From positions 3,090,001 to 3,122,000 of the forward strand of contig NZ_CP015137.1 in the NCBI RefSeq assembly GCF_001644705.1: a stretch of DNA of 32,000 nt, read 5' to 3'. Source of the DNA: Dickeya solani IPO 2222 (lineage in GTDB: Bacteria > Pseudomonadota > Gammaproteobacteria > Enterobacterales > Enterobacteriaceae). Below the pieces are notes generated by a model, which worked only from the letters and a program-made list of their open reading frames with translations, ran no database searches and was not told the DNA's origin. Within the stretch, counting starts at the first letter, position 1. The number at the start of each line of letters is the position of its first letter. The position numbers and the translations under genes are program-made. This document shows, in pieces, positions 24,495 to 32,000 of the stretch.

Positions 24495-25370
24495 TCAGTT
24501 CCTTGCTGGTACGGGTATGGCATGAATGTATTTTCTGAATAGCCTGCGGGTACCGTAAATAGGGCCGACGCCCAACACCGCATAGACCACTTTAATCAGA
24601 AATTGCGACAGGATCATGGTGCGGATCACGTCAAAGCTCAGCACATTATAAAACGCGATGGTGCAGAAAATCACACTGTCGACGGCGGAGGCGGTAACCG
24701 TGCTGGTGATCACGCGGATAAACAGGTAGCGGGACTTGGTCAGGATCTTGATTTTGTGCAGCACCCAGGCATTGATGTTTTCGGAGATCAGGTAGGCCAG
24801 CGATGAGGCTACCAGCACCGCCATCATGCTTTCCACGATGCCGCTGTAGGTTTTGCTGTATTCCCATTCCGGCAAGCCGGGGATCAGGCTGGTGACCCAC
24901 AACCCGAGCACAAATGCCAGATGGAAGAAAAAAGCGATCATGATGGTGCGGCGCGCCAGACGCAGCCCATAAAATTCATTCAGGATATCCACCAGAATAA
25001 AGGTCAGCGGGTAGACGAAAACGGCGGGCGGCACGACCAGATTCAGGGCCGGAATAAATATCGGTTTGACGCCGCTGACGGTGGAGAAAATATAGATGAC
25101 GCAAAGTGCGGCGGTAATGATGAGGTAAGCCAGCCAGGATCGTTCGTTTCTGTCGCTGATGTCGTAGGCGGTGGTGATGTCTTTGCCGGAATAGAGTTTT
25201 TTGTACAGAGCGTTGAGTTCGTGCCGGCTTAGGTCATCGGAGATTTCGCTGTCGACCAGTTCCTTGAGATCCATGTGGATCATCTTGCCGGTCGATAATA
25301 CCATGATATTGGCTGATAATTCGCCGCTGTGGTTGAACCCCAGCAGCTTGAATTTCTTGTTTGCATCCAT
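24495..25370 (-). CDS. VUT-family (YhhQ/DUF165-like) queuosine-precursor transporter homologue with an N-terminal soluble extension of about 80 aa
   Basis: 291 aa. The C-terminal part (about 210 aa) is polytopic and carries VUT-like motifs ([16 protein letters not shown]...[17 protein letters not shown]). The first 80 or so residues are hydrophilic ([19 protein letters not shown]...). The stop lies 5 nt before the queF ATG. Confidence 0.78.
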   Translation of the reverse strand: MDANKKFKLLGFNHSGELSANIMVLSTGKMIHMDLKELVDSEISDDLSRHELNALYKKLYSGKDITTAYDISDRNERSWLAYLIITAALCVIYIFSTVSGVKPIFIPALNLVVPPAVFVYPLTFILVDILNEFYGLRLARRTIMIAFFFHLAFVLGLWVTSLIPGLPEWEYSKTYSGIVESMMAVLVASSLAYLISENINAWVLHKIKILTKSRYLFIRVITSTVTASAVDSVIFCTIAFYNVLSFDVIRTMILSQFLIKVVYAVLGVGPIYGTRRLFRKYIHAIPVPARN

Positions 25371-25991
25371 TTATATCCTTTCCTCTATGATATATCCCAG
25401 TAGGACTGCGTCCTCGGGGCGTTTTCTGTCCGCCATGTCCGGCGAATCCGGGATGTCGACAAAAAATCCCGTGGCAGGAGAGTGACAGAGTATCGGCGTA
25501 TTCTGTACCAGCGCAGGCGGCCGTCGGATGATTAGCAGCGCGCCGGGAGAGAAGGCGTCGCCAATCGGCGACTCGATCTGCACCGCCACCATATTGGCTT
25601 CTTCTCCGAAGAAATAGGTCAACGGATATTGAACCGATAACTGACCAATCTTGTGCTGCCGTGCCAACAACAGTTGCGATTGCGGAATGATGGGAATCGC
25701 CGCCGGGTTTTTGTTGCCTTCAAAAGAGACGGTATTGTTCAGGCGCTCGACCTTTTCCAGATCGTAATCTTCGATTTCCTCGCAGGACACGCCGAAGAAA
25801 TCGGAAATACGATTGATGGTGGATTGCTGAACCTTGTTTACCCTACCTTCAAGAATTTTGTAGATAGTGGTACGCGTTACCCCGGTACGATTGGAAAAAG
25901 AGGCTTTGGTTTCGCCTCGCGTACGCATTAGATATTCAATATTTTTAATGATATTAGTTTTGCGCTGAGCATTCGTTGTTTTCATGGTCAT
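25371..25991 (-). CDS. XRE-family HTH regulator with a C-terminal LexA/CI-like (S24-like) domain that appears catalytically degenerate
   Basis: N-terminal HTH_XRE (ASFSNRTGVTRTTIYKILEGRVNKVQQSTINRISDFFGV). The C-terminal segment VAVQIESPIGDAFSPGALLIIRR parallels the S24 G-D-S-M-x-P motif but has Ala in the Ser position. The ATG at 25985 (MKTTNAQ) has better SD spacing than the one at 25991. The TAA abuts the ATG of the next gene. Confidence 0.75.
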   Translation of the reverse strand: MTMKTTNAQRKTNIIKNIEYLMRTRGETKASFSNRTGVTRTTIYKILEGRVNKVQQSTINRISDFFGVSCEEIEDYDLEKVERLNNTVSFEGNKNPAAIPIIPQSQLLLARQHKIGQLSVQYPLTYFFGEEANMVAVQIESPIGDAFSPGALLIIRRPPALVQNTPILCHSPATGFFVDIPDSPDMADRKRPEDAVLLGYIIEERI

Positions 25992-26655
25992 CCCTTCTCA
26001 GGTCAGTTCTCAGACAGGTTCATCTTACGATAAAGCCTTACGTTCACCTATCCCGCCGGAAAGAAAAAATCGGCAACCACGGTGCGTAGCGGGCAATTAC
26101 GACGGAAAAAGCAGGCGGGATAGCATGAACTTATTCAATTAATTGGTGGTTGCTGTAATGGTGCCATTAAAAATAGACACTAAAGATCATAATGTGTCCA
26201 TTAATCTGTTGACTTGACTGTTTTTATTGCTATAAGGTTTAGAAAAATTAATTAATCTGCGTGATACAGATAATTTACTATAAATATAAGATATAATTAA
26301 CAAACTAATTGGTTGTTTCTGACGTCACTGACGCAGGCTGCCATCTATCCGACACCAGGGAACCCAGAACGGACGCTTAGCAGAGAGGTGAGAAAATCAG
26401 GGAGCGTCATTATCGATGACACACGCCGACGACGCTGCGCTTTGACGCAGCGTTGGTGTTTCTGGGGCTATTTGCCGCCAGCCAAATCAATAACACGTCC
26501 GGCCAGGTGACTGGCTTCAGCTTACAGCAGCCAGGCAATCGCGCTGGTTATTTCCCTCCCCTGATGACCGCCGTGTGATCCGGTCAACCGGACTCGTTTC
26601 TCCGCCATTAGTATGAATATCGCTATATCGGTATAAAGCTCGGTATAAAGAAAAA

Positions 26656-26672
26656 CGGGGCGTTCCGCGCCG
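26656..26672 (-). terminator. Possible terminator of rhiE
   Basis: The minus strand has an imperfect GC hairpin (CGGCGCGGAACGCCCCG, with one internal mismatch) followed by TTTTTCTTT, about 42 nt after the stop. Confidence 0.4.
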
Positions 26673-26713
26673 ACCTGATGCCGACGCGGGATGAGGCGTG
26701 ATGAGCGCTGGGG

Positions 26714-28444
26714 TTATTGCGGCGTTTCCGTCAGCGTGATGGCGTCGTACATCACCATGCCGCCCAGCAGTTCCAGCGTAATGCGGTTGCCGCCGTGCTG
26801 CAGTGCGCCCGCGGGCAGCGGAATATGCGCTTCATGGTAACGGCCGCTTTGCATCGCACCCCGATAGATGGACTTGTCGTTGTCGTACTTCAGCGTCGTC
26901 AGCAACTGACCGTTGAGTTTCACCGCCAGTTGCGGCGAACTGGCCGGCGTGGTCATGCCGCTGTTGCTGGCGGCGGCGATAGCGATATTCAGGGTGTAAG
27001 GCTGCTCGGGCGTGCGGGCGTTGAACAGGATGTGCCAACTGCCGGGCTGGGTCTGGGCGTAGTACCAATCCTTGCGTTCGCGGCTTTTGCCGATCTCGAA
27101 GGTCAGGTCGGCCGGCACCTCGGTTTGCCAGTGATACTGACGCGGCCGATCGCCGAAGCGGAACTCGTCGGCCCGGCGGTCGGCCTGACCGATGGCCCAT
27201 GCCAGCGGTGCAGGTTGCTGAGCGTCAATCTGTCCGAGTCGGGTTTTCTTGCCTTCTACCCGCACGGTTTGCTGCGCCAGCAGGCCGATTTGCGTGCCGC
27301 CATCGGCGTAGGCCGACAACCGGTATTCACCCGGCGGCACATTGCTCAGGCTGAAACGGCCGTCACGGTTGGTGCGGGCGCTGAACAGGTAACCGGTGGT
27401 CTGAATATCAAAGCTCTCCGCGCTGCTGTTCAGCACCACCGTGGCGTGGGGTGCGTCGGTGCGCAGGCGGCCGCTAACGGTGGCGCGCTGGCGCGGATAG
27501 CGCGCATCGTCCAGCCAGCGATAGGGCCAACTGGCGCGTTCATGCTCGGCCCGGCGGCTGACGTCCGCCACCAGTTCCCGATCGTTGCCCTGATTGATGT
27601 ACAGCAGCCACGGGCCGTAGAGTTTCTCAAAACCCGGTTGCGCCACCATATCCGGGGTACCGAAGTGAGAACCGGTAAGATAGTTCAGGATAATCGCGTC
27701 CTGATGCACCAGCAGTTCCTGTTTCAGCGCGTCGCCCGAGTAGTACTCGCCGCTGGCGGGCACCATCCAGGCGCCGTAACCGTTGCCCATCACGCCCCAG
27801 TAGCGGCTTTCGCGTTGATAACCGGCAAAGTCGTATTTGGAGTAGACGCTGCCGTCAGGTAGCCGCCAGGTTTCATCCTGCACTTTCGGCAACTGCTCCA
27901 GTTCCTCGTACAGCAGCGGCGTGCCGCGCCGGATGCTGTTGAACAGCGTGTCCAGCCGGGTGGCGTCGAAACGGTAAACGTTGCGCAGCTCGCTGACTGT
28001 CACTGGTGCTGAGCCGGTGTTGGCGGCGACCACATAGCTGTACAGGCCGCTGACGTTGTGGGTCATGATCAGGTGATATTCCAGCCGCAGTTTGCCGTTC
28101 TGATCGTCGATATAGGCCAGATGCACTTGATCCGGCGTCTGTTTGATCACCTCCAGCCGTTCCGGCACGAATTCGTTGACGCCGCCGGAGTAGTAATCGA
28201 GGTAAAAACTGCGGTTTTTATCCGGGTCGCGCGCCGCGCCGGAGAGGCGGGAAATCAGGTTGGTGCCGCCTTTCCACACTTCCTTCGCGCTGCCGTCCGC
28301 ACCAAAGCGGACTTTCAGCAGCCCGTTGTCCAGCGTGCTGTTCATGCCATCAAGCGTCAGTTTCACCGCGCCTGTCGCCGTCAGCGGCAGCACGAATATC
28401 AGTGTCAACAACGGGGTACGCCATGCCTGCAGAGGTTTATTCAT
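26714..28444 (-). CDS. rhiE: Secreted rhamnogalacturonan endolyase, polysaccharide lyase family 4, RhiE-like
   Basis: The ORF is trimmed to the ATG at 28444 (MNKPLQAWRTPLLTLIFVLPLTATGA|VKL signal). The N-terminal LDNGLLKVRF...G and the middle carboxypeptidase-regulatory-like module (DGRFSLSNVPPGEYRLSAYADG) are typical of PL4 RG lyases. This matches my recollection of Dickeya RhiE. Confidence 0.8.
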   Translation of the reverse strand: MNKPLQAWRTPLLTLIFVLPLTATGAVKLTLDGMNSTLDNGLLKVRFGADGSAKEVWKGGTNLISRLSGAARDPDKNRSFYLDYYSGGVNEFVPERLEVIKQTPDQVHLAYIDDQNGKLRLEYHLIMTHNVSGLYSYVVAANTGSAPVTVSELRNVYRFDATRLDTLFNSIRRGTPLLYEELEQLPKVQDETWRLPDGSVYSKYDFAGYQRESRYWGVMGNGYGAWMVPASGEYYSGDALKQELLVHQDAIILNYLTGSHFGTPDMVAQPGFEKLYGPWLLYINQGNDRELVADVSRRAEHERASWPYRWLDDARYPRQRATVSGRLRTDAPHATVVLNSSAESFDIQTTGYLFSARTNRDGRFSLSNVPPGEYRLSAYADGGTQIGLLAQQTVRVEGKKTRLGQIDAQQPAPLAWAIGQADRRADEFRFGDRPRQYHWQTEVPADLTFEIGKSRERKDWYYAQTQPGSWHILFNARTPEQPYTLNIAIAAASNSGMTTPASSPQLAVKLNGQLLTTLKYDNDKSIYRGAMQSGRYHEAHIPLPAGALQHGGNRITLELLGGMVMYDAITLTETPQ

Positions 28445-28775
28445 GTGCATCGTCCATTTGTCTTGTGATGTGTGGTGCGTTGTAGGGAGAGGAATACAGC
28501 AGCACACAGCCTAGCGCGGCGGTGAACGGCGCTCCTTTGTCGGATGGTCATCTGCGGGGCAAAGGTGGCAACAGCGCGAAGATCGGCGCGATCGGGATCA
28601 TATTTGTTGATTCTGGTGCGGCGGGGCCGCACTCGGACTATTGGCGGCATAATTCGGTGGAAATGCGGTAATTTTTTTTAAAATCAACAAATTATATCGA
28701 TAAACAATTGAATAACACCCCGATGCGGTTTTTCGCTATTATGCACTCCTCTCAAACCTGTACCTGATGGGCGCT

Positions 28776-29309
28776 ATGGAACGTTTTCTGGAAAATACGA
28801 TGTACGCTGCACGGTGGCTGTTGGCTCCGGTTTATCTGGGGTTGTCGCTGGGATTACTGGCGCTGGCCATCAAGTTCTTTGAAGAAATTTGGCATGTCCT
28901 GCCGAACCTCTTTTCCATTGCGGAATCCGATCTGATCCTGACGCTGCTGTCGCTGGTGGATATGACGCTGGTGGGCGGGTTGCTGGTGATGGTGATGTTT
29001 TCCGGCTATGAAAACTTTGTGTCGGCGCTGGATATCGGCGAGGACAAGGAGAAGCTGAACTGGCTAGGCAAAATGGACGCCAGCTCGCTGAAAAACAAAG
29101 TGGCGGCGTCGATCGTGGCGATTTCGTCCATCCACCTGCTGCGGGTGTTTATGGATGCCAAGAACGTACCGGACAACAAGCTGATGTGGTATGTGATCAT
29201 CCACCTGACTTTTGTGCTGTCCGCTTTTGTGATGGGTTATCTGGACTGGTTGTCCCGCCACGAACACCACACCCATCACGGCGCCGGTAAATCTCACGAC
29301 AAGCCGTAA
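28776..29309 (+). CDS. yqhA: UPF0114 inner-membrane protein YqhA
   Basis: From [25 protein letters not shown] it is nearly identical in long stretches to E. coli YqhA ([76 protein letters not shown]). The ORF-track start at 28767 is 3 codons upstream. Confidence 0.9.
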   Translation: MERFLENTMYAARWLLAPVYLGLSLGLLALAIKFFEEIWHVLPNLFSIAESDLILTLLSLVDMTLVGGLLVMVMFSGYENFVSALDIGEDKEKLNWLGKMDASSLKNKVAASIVAISSIHLLRVFMDAKNVPDNKLMWYVIIHLTFVLSAFVMGYLDWLSRHEHHTHHGAGKSHDKP

Positions 29310-29365
29310 ATATCACCATAAGCATCGATAACCATCGATAACAATGCGCTGCTGACGTGAATGAC

Positions 29366-29396
29366 GCCCTCGGTTAACCACCGGGGGCATTTTTTT
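29366..29396 (+). terminator. Rho-independent terminator of yqhA
   Basis: GCCCTCGG-ttaacca-CCGGGGGC is an 8-bp stem including one G-U pair, followed by ATTTTTTT. Confidence 0.75.
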
Positions 29397-29484
29397 CGCC
29401 CGTCAGGCGCGGAAGTGGGCAACAGCGGCGCTGTCGTCGTGTGATACAGTCTGTGCTGTGTGCGATCTACGGAGACGATGAGCC

Positions 29485-30378
29485 ATGCACCGACTTCCTC
29501 CCCTGCCGGCGTTGCGGGCTTTTCTGGCCGCCTGCCGGGCGGGCAGTTATACCGCCGCAGCCGAAGAACTGAATGTTACCCACGGCGCCATCAGCCGCCA
29601 GATCCGTATTCTGGAAACCTGGCTGGGGCAGACGCTGTTTGTGCGCGCCGGCCAGTGCATGGTGCCGACGCTACATGCGCAGGCGTTCGCCAAGGAGATG
29701 AACGACGTGCTGGCGGTGATGGACGAAGCCGCCCGCCGCTATGGTCGCGGTGAAGCCACCCAGGTGCTGCGCATCAGCGCACCCGCCACTTTCACCATGC
29801 GCTGGCTGGCGCCGCGACTGCCGGCGTTTTATCAGGCCAATCCCGGTACGCTGATTCAGATTCACACCGCGACCACCCAGCAATTGGCAATGACCAGCGG
29901 CTTTGATCTGGTGATTCGCCTTGGCGTGTTCAACAGCGACCGCTTCAGCGCGCTGCCGTTTATGCACGAGCACTATACCTTGTTGGCCGCGCCTTCGTTG
30001 CTGGCCCGTCAGCCGATCGCCACATTGGCGGCGGTGGCGAACCACACGTTGCTCGACACCGAAACCCGCCCTGGCTTCTGGCCGCAGTTGTTCGATCTGG
30101 GCGGGGTGGTCGATCCCGGTACGCTCAACTGGCTGCGTTTTGATCACTTTTACGTCACTTACGCCGCTTTGATCGACGGGCTGGGCGTCGGGCCGGGACC
30201 ACTGCCGCTGCTGGCGCGCGACGTGGCGCTAGGCCGGCTGACGGCACCGTTGCCGGATCTGCGCATCGCCGAGCGTACCTACTATTTGCTGACGCCTGCC
30301 GGGCTGGCGAAAACCCGGCTGCATTACCGTTTTGAACGCTGGCTGCTGGAAGAAGGGGCCAAACCCGATGAGGCCTGA
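29485..30378 (+). CDS. LysR-family regulator, GcvA-like subgroup
   Basis: MHRLPPLPALRAFLAACRAGSYTAAAEELNVTHGAISRQIRILE resembles the GcvA-type N-terminus (RLPPLNALR.F..AA...SFT.AAEEL.VT.AA.S.QI..LE). Confidence 0.85.
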   Translation: MHRLPPLPALRAFLAACRAGSYTAAAEELNVTHGAISRQIRILETWLGQTLFVRAGQCMVPTLHAQAFAKEMNDVLAVMDEAARRYGRGEATQVLRISAPATFTMRWLAPRLPAFYQANPGTLIQIHTATTQQLAMTSGFDLVIRLGVFNSDRFSALPFMHEHYTLLAAPSLLARQPIATLAAVANHTLLDTETRPGFWPQLFDLGGVVDPGTLNWLRFDHFYVTYAALIDGLGVGPGPLPLLARDVALGRLTAPLPDLRIAERTYYLLTPAGLAKTRLHYRFERWLLEEGAKPDEA

Positions 30379-30383
30379 CCTAT

Positions 30384-30468
30384 ATTGATCCCTGATCCAC
30401 ATTGATACCTAACCCACATTGATACCTGATCCACACCGGTATCTGGCTCACATTATTGTCATGCATCA
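30384..30468. repeat. 17-bp tandem repeat array (3 good and 2 degenerate units) between the LysR stop and the NUDIX gene
   Basis: ATTGATCCCTGATCCAC (30384), ATTGATACCTAACCCAC (30401) and ATTGATACCTGATCCAC (30418) are followed by ACCGGTATCTGGCTCAC (30435) and ATTATTGTCATGCATCA (30452). Units 1-3 match 15-16/17. Confidence 0.8.
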
Positions 30469-30511
30469 GGGGTAGCGTGGGGCGAAATAACCGAATAAGG
30501 AGGTGCTAGCC

Positions 30512-30967
30512 ATGAATTATGTGCAGGAAATGCGTCAGTTGATCGGGCATCGCCCGCTACTGCTGGCTGGGTCTAACGTGATTGTGCTCAATGCGCGCCG
30601 GCAGGTGCTGTTGCAGCATCGGCTGGAGGGCGTCTGGGGATTGCCCGGCGGTCTGCTGGAATTGGGGGAGTCGCTGGAAGAGGCGGCGATTCGGGAAGTG
30701 CGTGAAGAAACCGGATTGCAACTGAACTCGCTCGATTTTCTGAAGGTGTTCTCCGGTCCCGATCATTTTTTTACCTTGCCTAATCAGGATCAGATCTACG
30801 TGATTACCGCCCTGTATGTCTCCTATAGCTGGCAGGGCGATATCGTGGTGGATAAAACCGAATCGCGGGACGTGCGTTTCTTTGATCTTCAGGCACTGCC
30901 GCCGCTGGGCGATGAGTACCGCGAATACCTTGATTATTTTCTGTCATTGCCGTCATTGCCGCGCTAA
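30512..30967 (+). CDS. NUDIX hydrolase
   Basis: NUDIX box GLPGGLLELGESLEEAAIREVREETGL. The ATG at 30512 lies 8 nt after AAGGAGG. The ORF-track start at 30503 falls inside the SD. Confidence 0.9.
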   Translation: MNYVQEMRQLIGHRPLLLAGSNVIVLNARRQVLLQHRLEGVWGLPGGLLELGESLEEAAIREVREETGLQLNSLDFLKVFSGPDHFFTLPNQDQIYVITALYVSYSWQGDIVVDKTESRDVRFFDLQALPPLGDEYREYLDYFLSLPSLPR

Positions 30968-31734
30968 TGCGCAGGCAGCGTTTCCCACAGCAACGACAGA
31001 CCGGCGATCAGCATCATGCTGTCCACCAGCCGGTTGAACAGGGTGTCGGACAGACGCAGTACGAAGCGTTTGCCGATATACACCCCGGCCACCTGCGTCA
31101 GTCCGACCATCAGCCCGGCCCACAATACCGACAGCGGCAGCGCGCCGACCACGCCGAAGGTAGAGGCTTTGGTCAGATAGATCACCAGCGACGCGGCGGA
31201 TTCGGTCGCCAGTAACGCGCCTTTCAGCAGACCGTAACCGGCAAACAGCGGCAGCGTCAGCGGGCCGGTGGAAAACACCACGCCGGTGAGGAAGCCGACC
31301 ACGCCGCCCGCCACCGCCAGTTGGCTATCGTTCAGGCTGAAGGCGCGCTGCCGGGCCAGATGGCGCAGCGGGATCAGCAGCAGAAAAAACAGACCGATGC
31401 ACAGGCTGGACAAGCGTACCGGCATCGCCCACAGCAGACTGGCGCCGATTATCGACGCCGGGATGCCGGGCAGGCAATAGCAACCCAGCGCCCGCAGGTT
31501 GATGGCGTTACGCCACAGGATAACTTTGGAAATGTTGCTCATGGTGGCGGCGATCGCCATGATCGGCACCGCCGCCTGCGGGCTGAATGCCCAGGCCAGC
31601 GCGGGCAGCAGAATGATGGAGCCGCCGGTGCCGACGATGCCGCTGACGCTGCCGGCGAACAGGCCGAGAAGAAGAATCAGGATATAGCTCACTGGTGACC
31701 TCGCTGAGCGGATTGATTTGTCTGAGGCGAGCAT
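30964..31734 (-). CDS. TauE/SafE (TSUP, DUF81) family anion exporter
   Basis: A polytopic protein with the repeated family motif (GIVGTGGSIILLP and GFLTGVVFSTGPLTLP). The ATG at 31734 lacks a good SD. A GTG at 31692, preceded by GAGGT with a 6-nt spacing, is a credible alternative start (242 aa). The 3' end overlaps the NUDIX stop by 4 nt. Confidence 0.85.
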   Translation of the reverse strand: MLASDKSIRSARSPVSYILILLLGLFAGSVSGIVGTGGSIILLPALAWAFSPQAAVPIMAIAATMSNISKVILWRNAINLRALGCYCLPGIPASIIGASLLWAMPVRLSSLCIGLFFLLLIPLRHLARQRAFSLNDSQLAVAGGVVGFLTGVVFSTGPLTLPLFAGYGLLKGALLATESAASLVIYLTKASTFGVVGALPLSVLWAGLMVGLTQVAGVYIGKRFVLRLSDTLFNRLVDSMMLIAGLSLLWETLPAH

Positions 31735-31968
31735 ACCTGTGTGTCAGGTGAATATCTCTGGCGAAAAAATCACGAATACGTGAGTTAAATTCACATATAT
31801 AACGACGCGGAGATAACGGCCGTAAACGCCTTGACAGCCAATCTTCCGCTCGCATAGGGTGGAAACGGCAGGCGTGATGGACGGGCAAAGTCCGGCCTGC
31901 CGACGCCAGTGGCGTTTTACACAGCCTGACGTATCCGGTAACGAGAATAATAAACAAGGTGTTGCAAC

Positions 31969-32000
31969 ATGAGTCTGACGACGTATCTTGGCAAACAGGT
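31969..32000 (+). CDS. Probable 5' end of a CDS continuing beyond the window (MSLTTYLGKQ...); product unknown
   Basis: An ATG lies 7 nt after AAGGTG, and the frame stays open to the window edge. Only 10 codons are visible. Confidence 0.3.
   Translation, partial: MSLTTYLGKQ

Noticed and set aside
24490-26300. preQ1 riboswitch upstream of the VUT transporter or the XRE gene.
   Set aside because: The transporter ATG abuts the upstream stop, so there is no room for a leader. By eye I do not see the compact preQ1-I hairpin with an A-rich tail in the XRE upstream region. A covariance-model scan would be needed to exclude it formally.
26313-26510. 65-aa plus-strand ORF between the XRE gene and rhiE.
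   Set aside because: It has no SD, an Arg-rich and unconvincing translation, and no family resemblance. The region is better treated as noncoding or a candidate sRNA.

Overview
The window looks like enterobacterial chromosome. By eye it is GC-rich with short AT-rich intergenic islands. The best fit is a soft-rot Pectobacteriaceae genome of the Dickeya type. That call rests on a RhiE-like PL4 rhamnogalacturonan lyase, a secreted esterase with a LysR partner, and E. coli-like housekeeping genes (norR 3' end, fumB, alkB, mdtG, dmlA, queF, yqhA). I support about 31 CDS, no rRNA, tRNA, IS or CRISPR elements, and one small gene below the ORF-track cutoff: azuC, 25 aa, with a perfect CRP palindrome upstream.

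The most unusual locus is 5807-10894 on the minus strand. It holds close homologues of the NrfC/NrfD menaquinol dehydrogenase module with no nrfA/nrfB beside them. They are followed by an MdtD-like MFS gene, a secreted FMN_bind protein with a flavinylation motif, and an exported FAD-dependent fumarate-reductase-like flavoprotein that lacks the HGANR motif. I read this as a candidate quinol-linked periplasmic flavin reductase of unknown substrate. Four 19-bp-phased direct repeats sit in front of it.

The second locus of interest is an XRE/degenerate-S24 regulator, an N-terminally extended VUT (YhhQ-like) transporter and queF, packed with 0 and 5 nt gaps.

Other notable items:
- A LacI-controlled CUT1 ABC operon with an embedded MBL-fold hydrolase and a clear operator palindrome.
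- A PACE (AceI-like) transporter with a LysR partner.
- Several short tandem repeats: an 18-bp coding repeat giving three in-frame ATGs, a 17-bp intergenic array, and duplicated stop-codon regions.

All homology statements come from reading the translations against remembered family sequences and motifs. No searches were run.
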